From Elusimicrobia bacterium RIFCSPLOWO2_02_FULL_39_32 (GTDB lineage Bacteria > Elusimicrobiota > Elusimicrobia > 2-02-FULL-39-32): 64,000 nucleotides of DNA. The stretch spans positions 273,495 to 337,494 of the forward strand of contig MGUU01000010.1 of assembly GCA_001800135.1 (NCBI GenBank). The letters are read 5' to 3'. Every line of letters starts with the position of its first letter. The first letter of the stretch is position 1. Of this stretch, positions 1 through 8,944 are shown one piece after another. The position numbers were made by a program, and so were the translations under genes. The notes beneath the pieces were generated by a model, which was not told where the DNA came from, searched no databases, and saw only the letters and a program-made list of their open reading frames with translations.

Positions 1-651
1 TCTAAATATATTGAAGCAGAGTGTCAAGGTTTCACTGTAATTTATCATTGGTTTTATTATTTTTTTAACTGAACGGTAAACAAAGCTTTCAGAAACCTCT
101 TTATTTTTATCAAAAAATGATAAATTTACATCGTTTATTCCTATGAGAAGCAAAATCATTTTAGGTTTGATTTTAATAATAGAGTCCTCCATAAGAACTA
201 TATGTCCAGATGTGGAGTGGCCGTCTAACCCTGCGTTATTGATCCAACATTTATTAAATTTTTTTTCCATTTCTTTACCTAAGAGAAAGGGCCATGTTTT
301 TTCATCTGATAAGTAAAAACACTCAGTCGTGCTTCCTCCAATAGTCATTATTGTGAGGTAGTCTGTGAAATTTTGAGGCGGATTATCCCCCCTAAAACCT
401 AGAGAATTTCTGCTATGTTTTATTAATTTATCTAATTTTTTGTTTTTGTTGTTTTTTATTTCTATTTTTTCATTGATTGGCAGCGTTATTTTTCCTTGTT
501 TTATTCTAATTCTAAAGTCAAAAGGATTATAAATTCTAAGAAAAAGTTCTAAGGTAATAAAGGCAACCCCTAACCCTAGAATAAGAACTAAACTATTTTT
601 CCAGAAGTTAGATGAACGTTTCGTTTTATGGGGTAGGAACAATTGATTCAA
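1..651 (-). CDS. SGNH/GDSL-family hydrolase with N-terminal membrane anchor (partial; C-terminus runs off window start)
   Basis: Manual minus-strand translation gives an open frame from TTG at 649-651 down to position 1: MNQLFLPHKTKRSSNFWKNSLVLILGLGVAFITLELF...MTIGGSTTECFY...LLLIGINDVN... It has a TM helix, then GxS-T and GxND blocks typical of SGNH hydrolases. Not in the ORF track because no in-window stop. No ATG upstream of MTIGG; TTG start assumed. Confidence 0.45.
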   Translation of the reverse strand, partial: MNQLFLPHKTKRSSNFWKNSLVLILGLGVAFITLELFLRIYNPFDFRIRIKQGKITLPINEKIEIKNNKNKKLDKLIKHSRNSLGFRGDNPPQNFTDYLTIMTIGGSTTECFYLSDEKTWPFLLGKEMEKKFNKCWINNAGLDGHSTSGHIVLMEDSIIKIKPKMILLLIGINDVNLSFFDKNKEVSESFVYRSVKKIIKPMINYSETLTLCFNIFR

Positions 652-685
652 GTTTAAAGGTTCTGTTTAAGTGGATAGGAATCAA

Positions 686-2477
686 CTATTTAGTTATGAG
701 AGTATTTTGAAGAATTAATGCATCCATGCCGCTGTTCATGAATGTATTGTAGGCATTTTGGGGAGTATTGACAATGGCTTCGCCTTTGAGGTTGAAAGAG
801 GTGTTGAGAAGAACAGGAACTCCTGTAACTTCTCCAAATTTCTGAATCAGGCGGTGGTAACGCGGGTTGGTTTCTTTAAATACGGTTTGGAGCCGTCCTG
901 TGCCATCCGCGTGGGTAATGGCGGGTAAGTGAGATTGCTGCTCTTTCTTCACGGGCGTGACATAAAGCATGAACCGCGCGGGGTAATGTTTTTGGGCATC
1001 TGAAATATCAAAATATTTTTCGCATTCTTCTTGGATCACACTTGGCGCAAAGGGTCTAAAAGGCTCTCGAAACTTAATTTTAATGTTTACGATATCTTTC
1101 ATTTTTGGGTTTCTGGGGTCCGCTAAGATTGAACGGTTCCCTAAGCTCCTAGGTCCCCCATTCAAACGCTCCTTGATACCAACCAATCACATTCCCCTTC
1201 ATGAGACGATCAATTATTCTTTCAAATAATTTTTCATCATCCTCAATTGTTTCATATTTAATTCCTTCTTTATTTAAGAATTCATGAATTGAATTTTCTC
1301 CATGTTCTTCGCCCCAGAAGGCATGCTTCATTACAAACGCGCGGGGTTTTCCTAAGATCACATGATAAAAATAAAGAGCTGCTCCTATGGCCCCGCCAGA
1401 ATCTCCGGCCGCTGGCTGAATATAAATTTCTTCAAAAGGGGTTTCTTTAAGAATTCTATAATTGGCTACACTATTTAACGCTACCCCTCCAGCCATGCAA
1501 AGTTTTTTTAGACCTGTTTTTTTGTGCAGATATTTTGCCATTTTTAAGATAATTTCTTCAGTCACCTTTTGAATGCTTGCAGCTATATCCGCATAATATT
1601 GATTGATTTTTAATTCTTCTTCTGTGGGAGGATTAGGATCGTCAAAGAGGCTGGTTTTGTCAGTTACAAACCTTGCTTTTGGATTTCTAGGTTTACCAAA
1701 AAGTTTTGTGAATTTATCTGTAAAGGTTTTTTCAGAATGATAAGTGTAAGAGAAATAGGTCATGTCCAGAACAAAACTTCCATCCTCATTTATATGGATA
1801 AGTTTATAAATTTTTTCCATGTATTTGGGTTCGCCATAAGGAGACATGCCCATCATTTTATATTCCCCTTCATTCACCTCAAACCCTAAAAAGGCTGTGA
1901 AAGCAGAATAAAGCATTCCTAAAGAATGAGGAAAACGAATTTCGTTTTCTAAATCTAGGCTATTTTTTCCATGTGAACCATTCCAATAAGATTTCCCAAT
2001 GCCAAGACTTGCGCTGGTCCATTCCCCTACTCCATCCACTGTGAGAATGGCTGCTTCTTCATAAGGAGAGCAAAAAAATGCGCTGGCTGCATGGGAAAGA
2101 TGATGTTCAGAAAAGTAGATTTTTGATTCTGGAAGCCCTAATTTTTCTTGAAGAATATTTTTAATCCATAATTTTTTAGAGAGCCAAGTTTTCATCGCCT
2201 CTTGAAACAGTTTTAAGGAGCAGGGATAGCCGTAAAGAATAGAGAGTAATAGTCGTTCAAATTTTAAAAAAGGTTTTTCATAAAAAACACACGCGTCAAT
2301 ATCTTGAGGCATAATTTTTCCTTTTTTTAAACAAAAATTGATCGCATTTTTTGGAAAATCGCTATCATGCTTTATTCTGGAAAAGCGTTCTTCTTCAGCC
2401 GCGGCAATGAGCATGCCATCCTTAATTAAGGCACAGGCTGCATCATGGTAAAAACAGCTAATTCCTAAGATATTCAT
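686..2477 (-). pseudogene. NodU/CmcH-family carbamoyltransferase, split by a single-base frameshift in a G5 homopolymer (minus-strand sense; C5 on plus strand at 1155-1159)
   Basis: The 442-aa ORF (1149..2477) is the N-terminal YrdC/Kae1-like carbamoyltransferase domain (MNILGISCFYHDAACALIKDG...). The 166-aa ORF (686..1186) is the C-terminal domain (..GPRSLGNRSILADPRNP..FREPFRPFAPSV..). Removing one G restores the conserved junction EWGPRSLGNRS. Confidence 0.8.
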
Positions 2478-2556
2478 TTGTAGGCTAGGATTTCCGGGTT
2501 TAATGTCTGATTACAGATTTTTTTCGAATTCCACAATCCAAATGATTTAGGTTAAT

Positions 2557-2808
2557 TTAGTATTGTTTGGAAATATTTCCAATGGATTCAATAGTGGATT
2601 TGCGCATATGCCAATGAGTCTCTTTAGCTGATTTTTTTATTTCTAATGGATCTAAAAATAATTTAAGAACTATTGCATGAGGAGTAACAATAATAAAATA
2701 AAAAATTGTCAGAATAACTCCTGACATAAATTCCCTAAATTTGAAAGCAAATTTTTTCCATTGCTCCAATAGAAATTTTAATCTGAGCTTTAGAATTATA
2801 TTTTTCAT
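2557..2808 (-). CDS. small membrane protein, SxtJ-like (carbamoyltransferase-associated)
   Basis: 83-aa ORF with a hydrophobic segment, immediately upstream of the carbamoyltransferase. The position and size match the SxtJ-like partners of SxtI-type carbamoyltransferases. Family assignment is from recall only. Confidence 0.35.
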   Translation of the reverse strand: MKNIILKLRLKFLLEQWKKFAFKFREFMSGVILTIFYFIIVTPHAIVLKLFLDPLEIKKSAKETHWHMRKSTIESIGNISKQY

Positions 2809-2840
2809 CTTCTTATTTTTTAATGATTATTTTAGTTGGA

Positions 2841-3023
2841 TTAAAATAGAGTGTAGATGAAAGGAGCTACAGCAGATCCTTGGCTAAAAATTAGAATAAA
2901 ACCAATAAGGAGAAGTACTATGACCATTGGAATAAGCCACCAGAGTTTTCTTTCCCATAAGAAATTTAAAAAATCTTTTATGATTTTTGAACGGCTTTTT
3001 AAATTTTTAAAAAATTGAATCAT
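2841..3023 (-). CDS. DUF5989/SxtK-like small membrane protein
   Basis: 60 aa, single TM, and a C-terminus ...AVAPFIYTLF that I recognise as the characteristic end of DUF5989/SxtK proteins found beside carbamoyltransferases. Confidence 0.5.
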   Translation of the reverse strand: MIQFFKNLKSRSKIIKDFLNFLWERKLWWLIPMVIVLLLIGFILIFSQGSAVAPFIYTLF

Positions 3024-3084
3024 TAGTGTTTTTCCTTGTCAGATACCGTATCGCTCTTCGTGGGTGCGGAGAATCATTCTTTCA

Positions 3085-4830
3085 CTAAATTTTATTTTCT
3101 AATGAACTTTGAGTTGAAACAGATTTTTGTATAAGTTTTGGCAGAGCTTGAATGAGTAAGATGAGCGCTAATATAAAAAGCAAGAACGCGGTGGTTCCTA
3201 CAGGGTGAAAAACCGGTCCGCGTTTTAAGATTCCTAAAAGCCAGGGTTTTATAATCAAAATAAGAGAACCTAAAGTTGTCACTAGCATAAAGAGCGTTGG
3301 CAGCGCTGTAACCCACCATTTTTTTCCACTTTTTTTAAGCCAAACTGTAATGCCAAGTAATGTAAGAGCAGCCAGAAGTTGGTTAGTTGCGCCAAATACT
3401 GGCCAGAAGATTTTCCAAAGAGGAATGATTTTGCCATTGATTCCTTTTACCTCAATCATAATTAAAATGCCAGGAAAAAATAGTGTGAAGAAAGTTGCAA
3501 GAAATGCTCCAAATTTTCCTTTTAAACCGGTAAGTTCCTGAAATATGTAACGGCCTAAACGGGTAGCTACATCCAGCGTATCGTAAATAAAGGTAGCAAA
3601 CGCGAGTTTTCCAAAGGTGACTGCAGCGCCAAAACTCATGCCAAAAAGAGCCATAAAATGAGCCAGCCCTCTGGCATAAATTTCATCTGGTCCTAAAGAA
3701 AGAGTTTGATCATTGATAGGCAGTATCATGACTGTGGAAAGAGCCACAATTGCAACAAACGATTCTAAGAGCATTCCTCCATAACCCACTGCTTTAGCAT
3801 CTGGCTCTTGGCGCAGCTGTTTAGAGGTTGTACCGCTTGAAACTAAGCCATGAAATCCTGAACAAGCGCCGCAGGCAATGGTTGTAAAAAGTAAAGGGAA
3901 TATTGGCAGGCGCGGAGTGTCTGCAGTTTCTGGATGGATTAAAGCCGGATATTGAATCTCGAATCCTCCAAACAGAGTTCCTAAAACTCCTACAATAAAA
4001 GTAGCATAAAGAATGGTTGCTCCTAAATATCCTCTGGGCTGGAGTAAAGTCCAAAGGGGTATTACAGAAGCGATAAAACAATAGATTAGAATCAGAAAAT
4101 CCCAGCTTTTTCGAGAAGAGCCTAAAATAGGAGGAAGTTCTATTGGTATTTGTTGGCCAAGAAAAATGATTAAAAAAACTAAAGGAATAAAAATAAAACT
4201 TGCTTTTTTAAGACTCCAGTTCCAGCGGTAAAGACAGAATCCCATGAGAAGAGCTAACCCTAAATAAAGGAAAGAAGAAGTTGCAACCCCTGGCCCAAAA
4301 TTTTCTTCGCCTAACTCTGGACGGCTTACAAAAGCTCCTGCGGTTAAATCCGTAAAAACTACAATGACATATAAGAGGGATATCCAGATAAAAATAAGAA
4401 AAAGAAAATAGGCTTTTTGTCCAATATAGAGCTTTACGACTTCTGCTACAGATTTGGCATCGTGCCTGATGGAAGCGACTAAAGCGGAAAAATCATGCAC
4501 CCCCCCAATAAAAACAGCTCCAATCGCTATCCAAAGCAGGCTGGGCAGCCAGCCATAAAGGCTTCCGGCAAGAATCGGTCCGGCAATAGGGCCCACAGCT
4601 GCGATTGCCGCAAAATGCTGGCCAATTAAAATAGCAGGGGATGCGGGAACAAAGTCGCTGCCATCATTAATTTTGCAAGCAGGGGTAATATTTTCTTTTG
4701 TTAGACCAAATACATTTGCGATAAATTTTCCATAAAAAAAATATCCAGCAAGTAAAATTGAGATGGAAATAAGGGTGATCAGTAATAAGGACATAAAATT
4801 TAGATTATAATAAAAGGGTATTTTATTCAA
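3085..4830 (-). CDS. cstA: carbon starvation protein A (CstA peptide/pyruvate transporter family)
   Basis: 581-aa polytopic membrane protein with CstA N-terminal signature (..ACKINDGSDFVPASPAILIGQHFAAIAAVGPIAGPILA..). The true start may be the internal Met at 4794. Confidence 0.85.
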   Translation of the reverse strand: MNKIPFYYNLNFMSLLLITLISISILLAGYFFYGKFIANVFGLTKENITPACKINDGSDFVPASPAILIGQHFAAIAAVGPIAGPILAGSLYGWLPSLLWIAIGAVFIGGVHDFSALVASIRHDAKSVAEVVKLYIGQKAYFLFLIFIWISLLYVIVVFTDLTAGAFVSRPELGEENFGPGVATSSFLYLGLALLMGFCLYRWNWSLKKASFIFIPLVFLIIFLGQQIPIELPPILGSSRKSWDFLILIYCFIASVIPLWTLLQPRGYLGATILYATFIVGVLGTLFGGFEIQYPALIHPETADTPRLPIFPLLFTTIACGACSGFHGLVSSGTTSKQLRQEPDAKAVGYGGMLLESFVAIVALSTVMILPINDQTLSLGPDEIYARGLAHFMALFGMSFGAAVTFGKLAFATFIYDTLDVATRLGRYIFQELTGLKGKFGAFLATFFTLFFPGILIMIEVKGINGKIIPLWKIFWPVFGATNQLLAALTLLGITVWLKKSGKKWWVTALPTLFMLVTTLGSLILIIKPWLLGILKRGPVFHPVGTTAFLLFILALILLIQALPKLIQKSVSTQSSLENKI

Positions 4831-4941
4831 GTTTTTTCGTGACTTCTATAATGCATAAATTAAAAGTGCATAGTTTCAATTTTATTTAATAGTAGTCAAC
4901 TTTGATTTATGAATTTATTAATTTTTAGTACAATTCTAATT

Positions 4942-6357
4942 ATGAAGATCGTTTTTATTAATCCCCCATTTGATATTATTCAAAAAGCATATGGTTCAGC
5001 TCGTAAAGGAACTAAATATGGATATTGGGCTCCTTTTGGGATCGCAGTTCTTGCTGGCATCATAAAGAAATTGGATTGTAAATTTGAATATATTGATTCA
5101 ACAATTTTAGATTATACTCAGCAAGATGTCGTAAACCATGTTATACAATCCCAACCAGACATGATTGGCATCACTGCACAATTGGCCACTCGTGAAGTTG
5201 TAAAACATCTTATTCAGATGATTCGTGAAAAATCTGCAGCTCCAATTTTTTTAGGTGGCACTCTAGCCACCACCTTTGCGGAAAGCGTGATGTTAGAAAA
5301 TCCTGGATTAGACTATGTAGTGATAGGAGAAGCAGAGCAGACTCTTCAAGAATTAATTCTTAAAATAAGAAATAAGGCGGATATCTCAACAGTAAAAGGA
5401 ATCTGTTACAGGAGTGGAGACAAAATTATTAGGACTCCATCGCGACCCATTTTAATGAATTTAGATCTTTTACCACAACCAGATTTTGGAGTATTTGATC
5501 TAAAACGATATATTCCCCTTCCTCTTCAATATAAAAAGAAACCCATCATCGCTTATCTTTCCTCACGCGGTTGTTCTTATGGCCGTTGCACTTTTTGTTT
5601 TGAATCCGGCAGCGCAGCCCAAAAATATCGTCGCCATTCAGTTAAAAGAGTTATTGCAGATATTCAAATGGCTGTAGAAGAACAGGGGGTTAAAGAAGTA
5701 GCTTTTTGGGATGATATTTTTTTAGTTGATGAACCTTGGGTTTTGGAATTTTGTGAACTTCTTCATCAGAATAAAATAGAGATCGCATGGCAATGTTATG
5801 GTTATGCGGGTTCAATGACTAAAAAGATGGTAGATGCTTCTGCAAAATCCGGGTGCTGGAATGTTTATATTGGTTTTGAGTCCGCAACTCAAACTGTCTT
5901 AGACCAAGTAAAAAAAGGGGTAACAGTTGAGCAATTAGCTCAATCCATTGGTTGGGTTAGAGATGCAGGGATGGATGTTCGTGGCTCTTTTATTTTATCC
6001 TTGCCTGGAGAAACTCCTCAAACTGCCATGGAAAGCGTAAAATTTGCAATTAAAAATGATATTACCTACATGCTTTTTCATCCATATTTTCCAGAGTATG
6101 GAACAGAATTATACAGCGAATTAGCTCGAGAAGGTAAAATTATTGATGAATATAAGGGGAGGACCACTGCGCAATATATTCCTGAAGGCTACAAGGATGC
6201 AAAAGAGGTGGAATTCATTATTCGTAAAGCGTATAAAAAATTTTATTTTCGTCCAAGTTATGTGCTTAAACATATTAATAAAATTCGGAGCTGGGATGAT
6301 TTCAAGCAATATTATGAAGCGATGCGATTTGTAGCTGGGATTGCATTTTCTGGTTAG
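4942..6357 (+). CDS. B12-binding-domain radical SAM protein (class B)
   Basis: N-terminal cobalamin-binding-like domain (MKIVFINPP...) followed by a radical SAM core with a cysteine motif (SRGCSYGRCTFCFES). The ORF track starts at 4909; the start is probably Met at 4942. Confidence 0.8.
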   Translation: MKIVFINPPFDIIQKAYGSARKGTKYGYWAPFGIAVLAGIIKKLDCKFEYIDSTILDYTQQDVVNHVIQSQPDMIGITAQLATREVVKHLIQMIREKSAAPIFLGGTLATTFAESVMLENPGLDYVVIGEAEQTLQELILKIRNKADISTVKGICYRSGDKIIRTPSRPILMNLDLLPQPDFGVFDLKRYIPLPLQYKKKPIIAYLSSRGCSYGRCTFCFESGSAAQKYRRHSVKRVIADIQMAVEEQGVKEVAFWDDIFLVDEPWVLEFCELLHQNKIEIAWQCYGYAGSMTKKMVDASAKSGCWNVYIGFESATQTVLDQVKKGVTVEQLAQSIGWVRDAGMDVRGSFILSLPGETPQTAMESVKFAIKNDITYMLFHPYFPEYGTELYSELAREGKIIDEYKGRTTAQYIPEGYKDAKEVEFIIRKAYKKFYFRPSYVLKHINKIRSWDDFKQYYEAMRFVAGIAFSG

Positions 6358-6417
6358 TTAAAATGAACCTCAGCACCCTCAAAAGGGCGATGAGGGATAC
6401 AACAAAGGAAAACACTA

Positions 6418-6984
6418 ATGAAATATAAAGTGATTTATAAACGAAAAGAGTGTATTGGAGCCAATTCTTGCGTTGGGGTGTTACCAGAATTCTGGAGTTT
6501 GGATCATGAAAAAAAAGCGGTACTTAAAGGCTCAATCTTAAATCCAGAAACTGGCTGTTATGAACTTATTGTTAATAGTGATGAATTAGAAAGATTTAAA
6601 GAATCTGCCTTAGTCTGTCCAGTTTATGTGATCAATATCATTGATCTTCAAACTCAAAAAACAATCTTAGAGATTTTTGAAGAGAATAGAGAGATTGAAA
6701 AAGAGAGCGCTCCAGTGATTAAGGCACGCCCAAATACGGAAAAGGAATCACAAAGCGAACCAAAGGGTTTTTTTACCATTCAAAGCGATTCAAACAAAAA
6801 GCTGATCAAAGCGCTCTATTACGGGCCAAAACATCAGTTACTTTTTGTGATCGAGGGTAAAAACGCAGAGGAGCTTTATCAAACGATCATAAGAGAAGGT
6901 TTTGTTACTTCTCTCACGCAAGCAGCTTATTTAGGAGGCGAGTTGAAGAGAGCTGAAATGAGTTTTCAAGAAAATTCCGTATGA
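6418..6984 (+). CDS. hypothetical protein with degenerate ferredoxin-like N-terminus and C-terminal AAYLGxELxRAE motif domain (DUF4346-like, uncertain)
   Basis: The N-terminus CIGANSCVGVLPEFW...ALVCPVYV resembles a single-cluster ferredoxin with the middle Cys replaced. The C-terminal half has a YYGPKH...AAYLGGELKRAE motif. Co-oriented with and immediately downstream of the radical SAM gene. Confidence 0.4.
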   Translation: MKYKVIYKRKECIGANSCVGVLPEFWSLDHEKKAVLKGSILNPETGCYELIVNSDELERFKESALVCPVYVINIIDLQTQKTILEIFEENREIEKESAPVIKARPNTEKESQSEPKGFFTIQSDSNKKLIKALYYGPKHQLLFVIEGKNAEELYQTIIREGFVTSLTQAAYLGGELKRAEMSFQENSV

Positions 6985-7790
6985 AGGAGTATAAACGAAC
7001 TCGCTACAAGGGAAGCTGTTTCAGCTCGTAAAATATTGTTTCCTATGGTTACGGCAAGGATTCCCTGTTTTTTTGTCTCCTGGATTTCTTCAATAGTAAA
7101 ACCACCTTCAGGTCCTATAAAAACATGGATTTTAGACTTTTGAAAAGATTGTGTTTGATGAAGAATTTTTGAAAGACTAATTTTTTCCTCACCTTCCCAA
7201 AGAATAATTTTTAAATCATCGCTGTTTTCCTTTGTTGTAACTTGCATTGTCCTTTCAGGGTGCGGAGCATCATTTTTTTTAATTTTTTTAAAAACTTCTT
7301 TTAGGGAGAGCGGGGTAGATATGGTGGGTAAGGTTTTTCTTCCGCTTTGTTTTGCTGCGGACAAAATAATCTTTTCCCATCTTGTTATCTTAGTTTTAGA
7401 TTTTTCTGGAGAAAAGTGAATTTGTGTTCGTTCCGTAAGAATAGGCTGGATGGAGGTCACTCCAATTTCTGTGACCTTTTGAATCATCCATTCAAAATTA
7501 GAATTTTGAATCAAAGCTGGGTAGAGATGTAAGGAGATATCAGGATGATTTTTTTCAGAAGAAGGAACGCACCTGTCAGCGTCAAAAGCTGGAAAGATTT
7601 CCCCTTTAACTTTGTTTGAATTAGAGGTTTCTGTAATTTGGGCAGACCCAACCCATCCTTCTCCATCAAAAATTTGAATAAGATCCCCTGGTTTTTTTCT
7701 TAAAACTCGCGCAATGTGATGGGATTCAGAAGGCTCAAAGAAGAAAGAATTAGATTGAATATTTTTTTTTGGAACGAAAAATTGCGGCAA
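6966..7790 (-). CDS. rsmE: 16S rRNA (uracil1498-N3)-methyltransferase
   Basis: N-terminal MPQFFVP...HHIARVLR and C-terminal GPEGGFT..E.....G......G..ILRAETA are the RsmE hallmarks. Located downstream of dnaJ as in Firmicutes. Confidence 0.75.
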   Translation of the reverse strand: MPQFFVPKKNIQSNSFFFEPSESHHIARVLRKKPGDLIQIFDGEGWVGSAQITETSNSNKVKGEIFPAFDADRCVPSSEKNHPDISLHLYPALIQNSNFEWMIQKVTEIGVTSIQPILTERTQIHFSPEKSKTKITRWEKIILSAAKQSGRKTLPTISTPLSLKEVFKKIKKNDAPHPERTMQVTTKENSDDLKIILWEGEEKISLSKILHQTQSFQKSKIHVFIGPEGGFTIEEIQETKKQGILAVTIGNNILRAETASLVASSFILLHTEFS

Positions 7791-7792
7791 AA

Positions 7793-8932
7793 TTATTTAC
7801 CAAAAACTTTTTTTATAAAAGAATCCTCGTCTTTAGCTGTTTTTTCTTCCCCAAAACTTTTTGCAAGCTCTTTAAGCAATTCTTTTTGTTTTTCAGTCAA
7901 GTGTGTGGGCACTTCTACCAGAATTCGAACTAATTCATCCCCTCGGCCTCGCCCCCCAAGATGTGGAATTCCTTTTTCTTTTACCCGAAATACAGTTCCA
8001 GTTTGAGTGCCTGGCGGAATTCTTAAAATTACATGGTCTTCAAGAGATGGAATTTCAATCTCAGCTCCTAGAGAGGCTTGCGCAATTGAGATTTTTTGTT
8101 CTATCAGGATATCATCATCTTTTCTTTCAAATTTTTGATCTGGCTCTACATGAATCACCACATAAAGATCTCCAGATGGTCCTCCAAAATTTCCAGCTTC
8201 GCCAGCGCCATTCACTCTTAAAGCTGTTCCCTCCTGTACCCCAGAAGGTATTTTTACAGTAATCGGTTCTTGGATTCTTACTTTTCCTTGTCCATGGCAA
8301 TTTTCACAAGGATTTTCAATCACTTGTCCCTGTCCTTTGCAGCGCGAACAAGTTTGTGAAAGCGAGAAAAACCCTTGACGGAAATTAATCGAACCAGAAC
8401 CCTTACATTGATGGCAACTCTTTAGGGAGGTTCCGTGTTTAGCTCCTGATCCGGTACATTTGTCACAGATTTTGGTATGACCTACTTTTATTGTTTTTTG
8501 GCTGCCTGTAAGAACATCGTGTAAAGTCATAGTGACACGAACTTGTAGGTCATCCCCTCGGCTAGCTCTGGATTTTTTAGAGCTTTGCCTTCCAGTTTGA
8601 CCTGTAAAAATATTTTCAAAGAAGTCTCCAAAAATGTCATTCACATCTCCAAATCCTTCAAAATTACCAAAACCCTCGTGTCCAAACCCTCCAGCTCCTG
8701 CTTGCGCGTTCACCCCCGCATGTCCATATTGATCATAGAGCTGACGTTTATGTGAATCCGAAAGAATTTCATAAGCTTCATTAGCCTCTTTAAATTTTTC
8801 TTCTGCTCCTTTATCTTTATTAATATCAGGATGGAATTTTTTAGCCAAGTTCCTATAGGCAGATTTAATCTCCTCACCGGAAGCATTTTTACCTACGCCT
8901 AAGATATCGTAATAGTCTTTTTTTGTGGTCAT
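7793..8932 (-). CDS. dnaJ: molecular chaperone DnaJ
   Basis: J-domain with HPD ([15 protein letters not shown]), a G/F-rich region and four CxxCxGxG zinc-finger repeats. Confidence 0.92.
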   Translation of the reverse strand: MTTKKDYYDILGVGKNASGEEIKSAYRNLAKKFHPDINKDKGAEEKFKEANEAYEILSDSHKRQLYDQYGHAGVNAQAGAGGFGHEGFGNFEGFGDVNDIFGDFFENIFTGQTGRQSSKKSRASRGDDLQVRVTMTLHDVLTGSQKTIKVGHTKICDKCTGSGAKHGTSLKSCHQCKGSGSINFRQGFFSLSQTCSRCKGQGQVIENPCENCHGQGKVRIQEPITVKIPSGVQEGTALRVNGAGEAGNFGGPSGDLYVVIHVEPDQKFERKDDDILIEQKISIAQASLGAEIEIPSLEDHVILRIPPGTQTGTVFRVKEKGIPHLGGRGRGDELVRILVEVPTHLTEKQKELLKELAKSFGEEKTAKDEDSFIKKVFGK

Positions 8933-8944
8933 AAAATTAAAGAT

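Noticed and set aside
3092-4081. Small ORFs overlapping cstA on both strands (3092..3319, 3350..3541, 3821..4081)
   Set aside because: Embedded in or antisense to the CstA coding region. Cys/Arg-rich junk translations.
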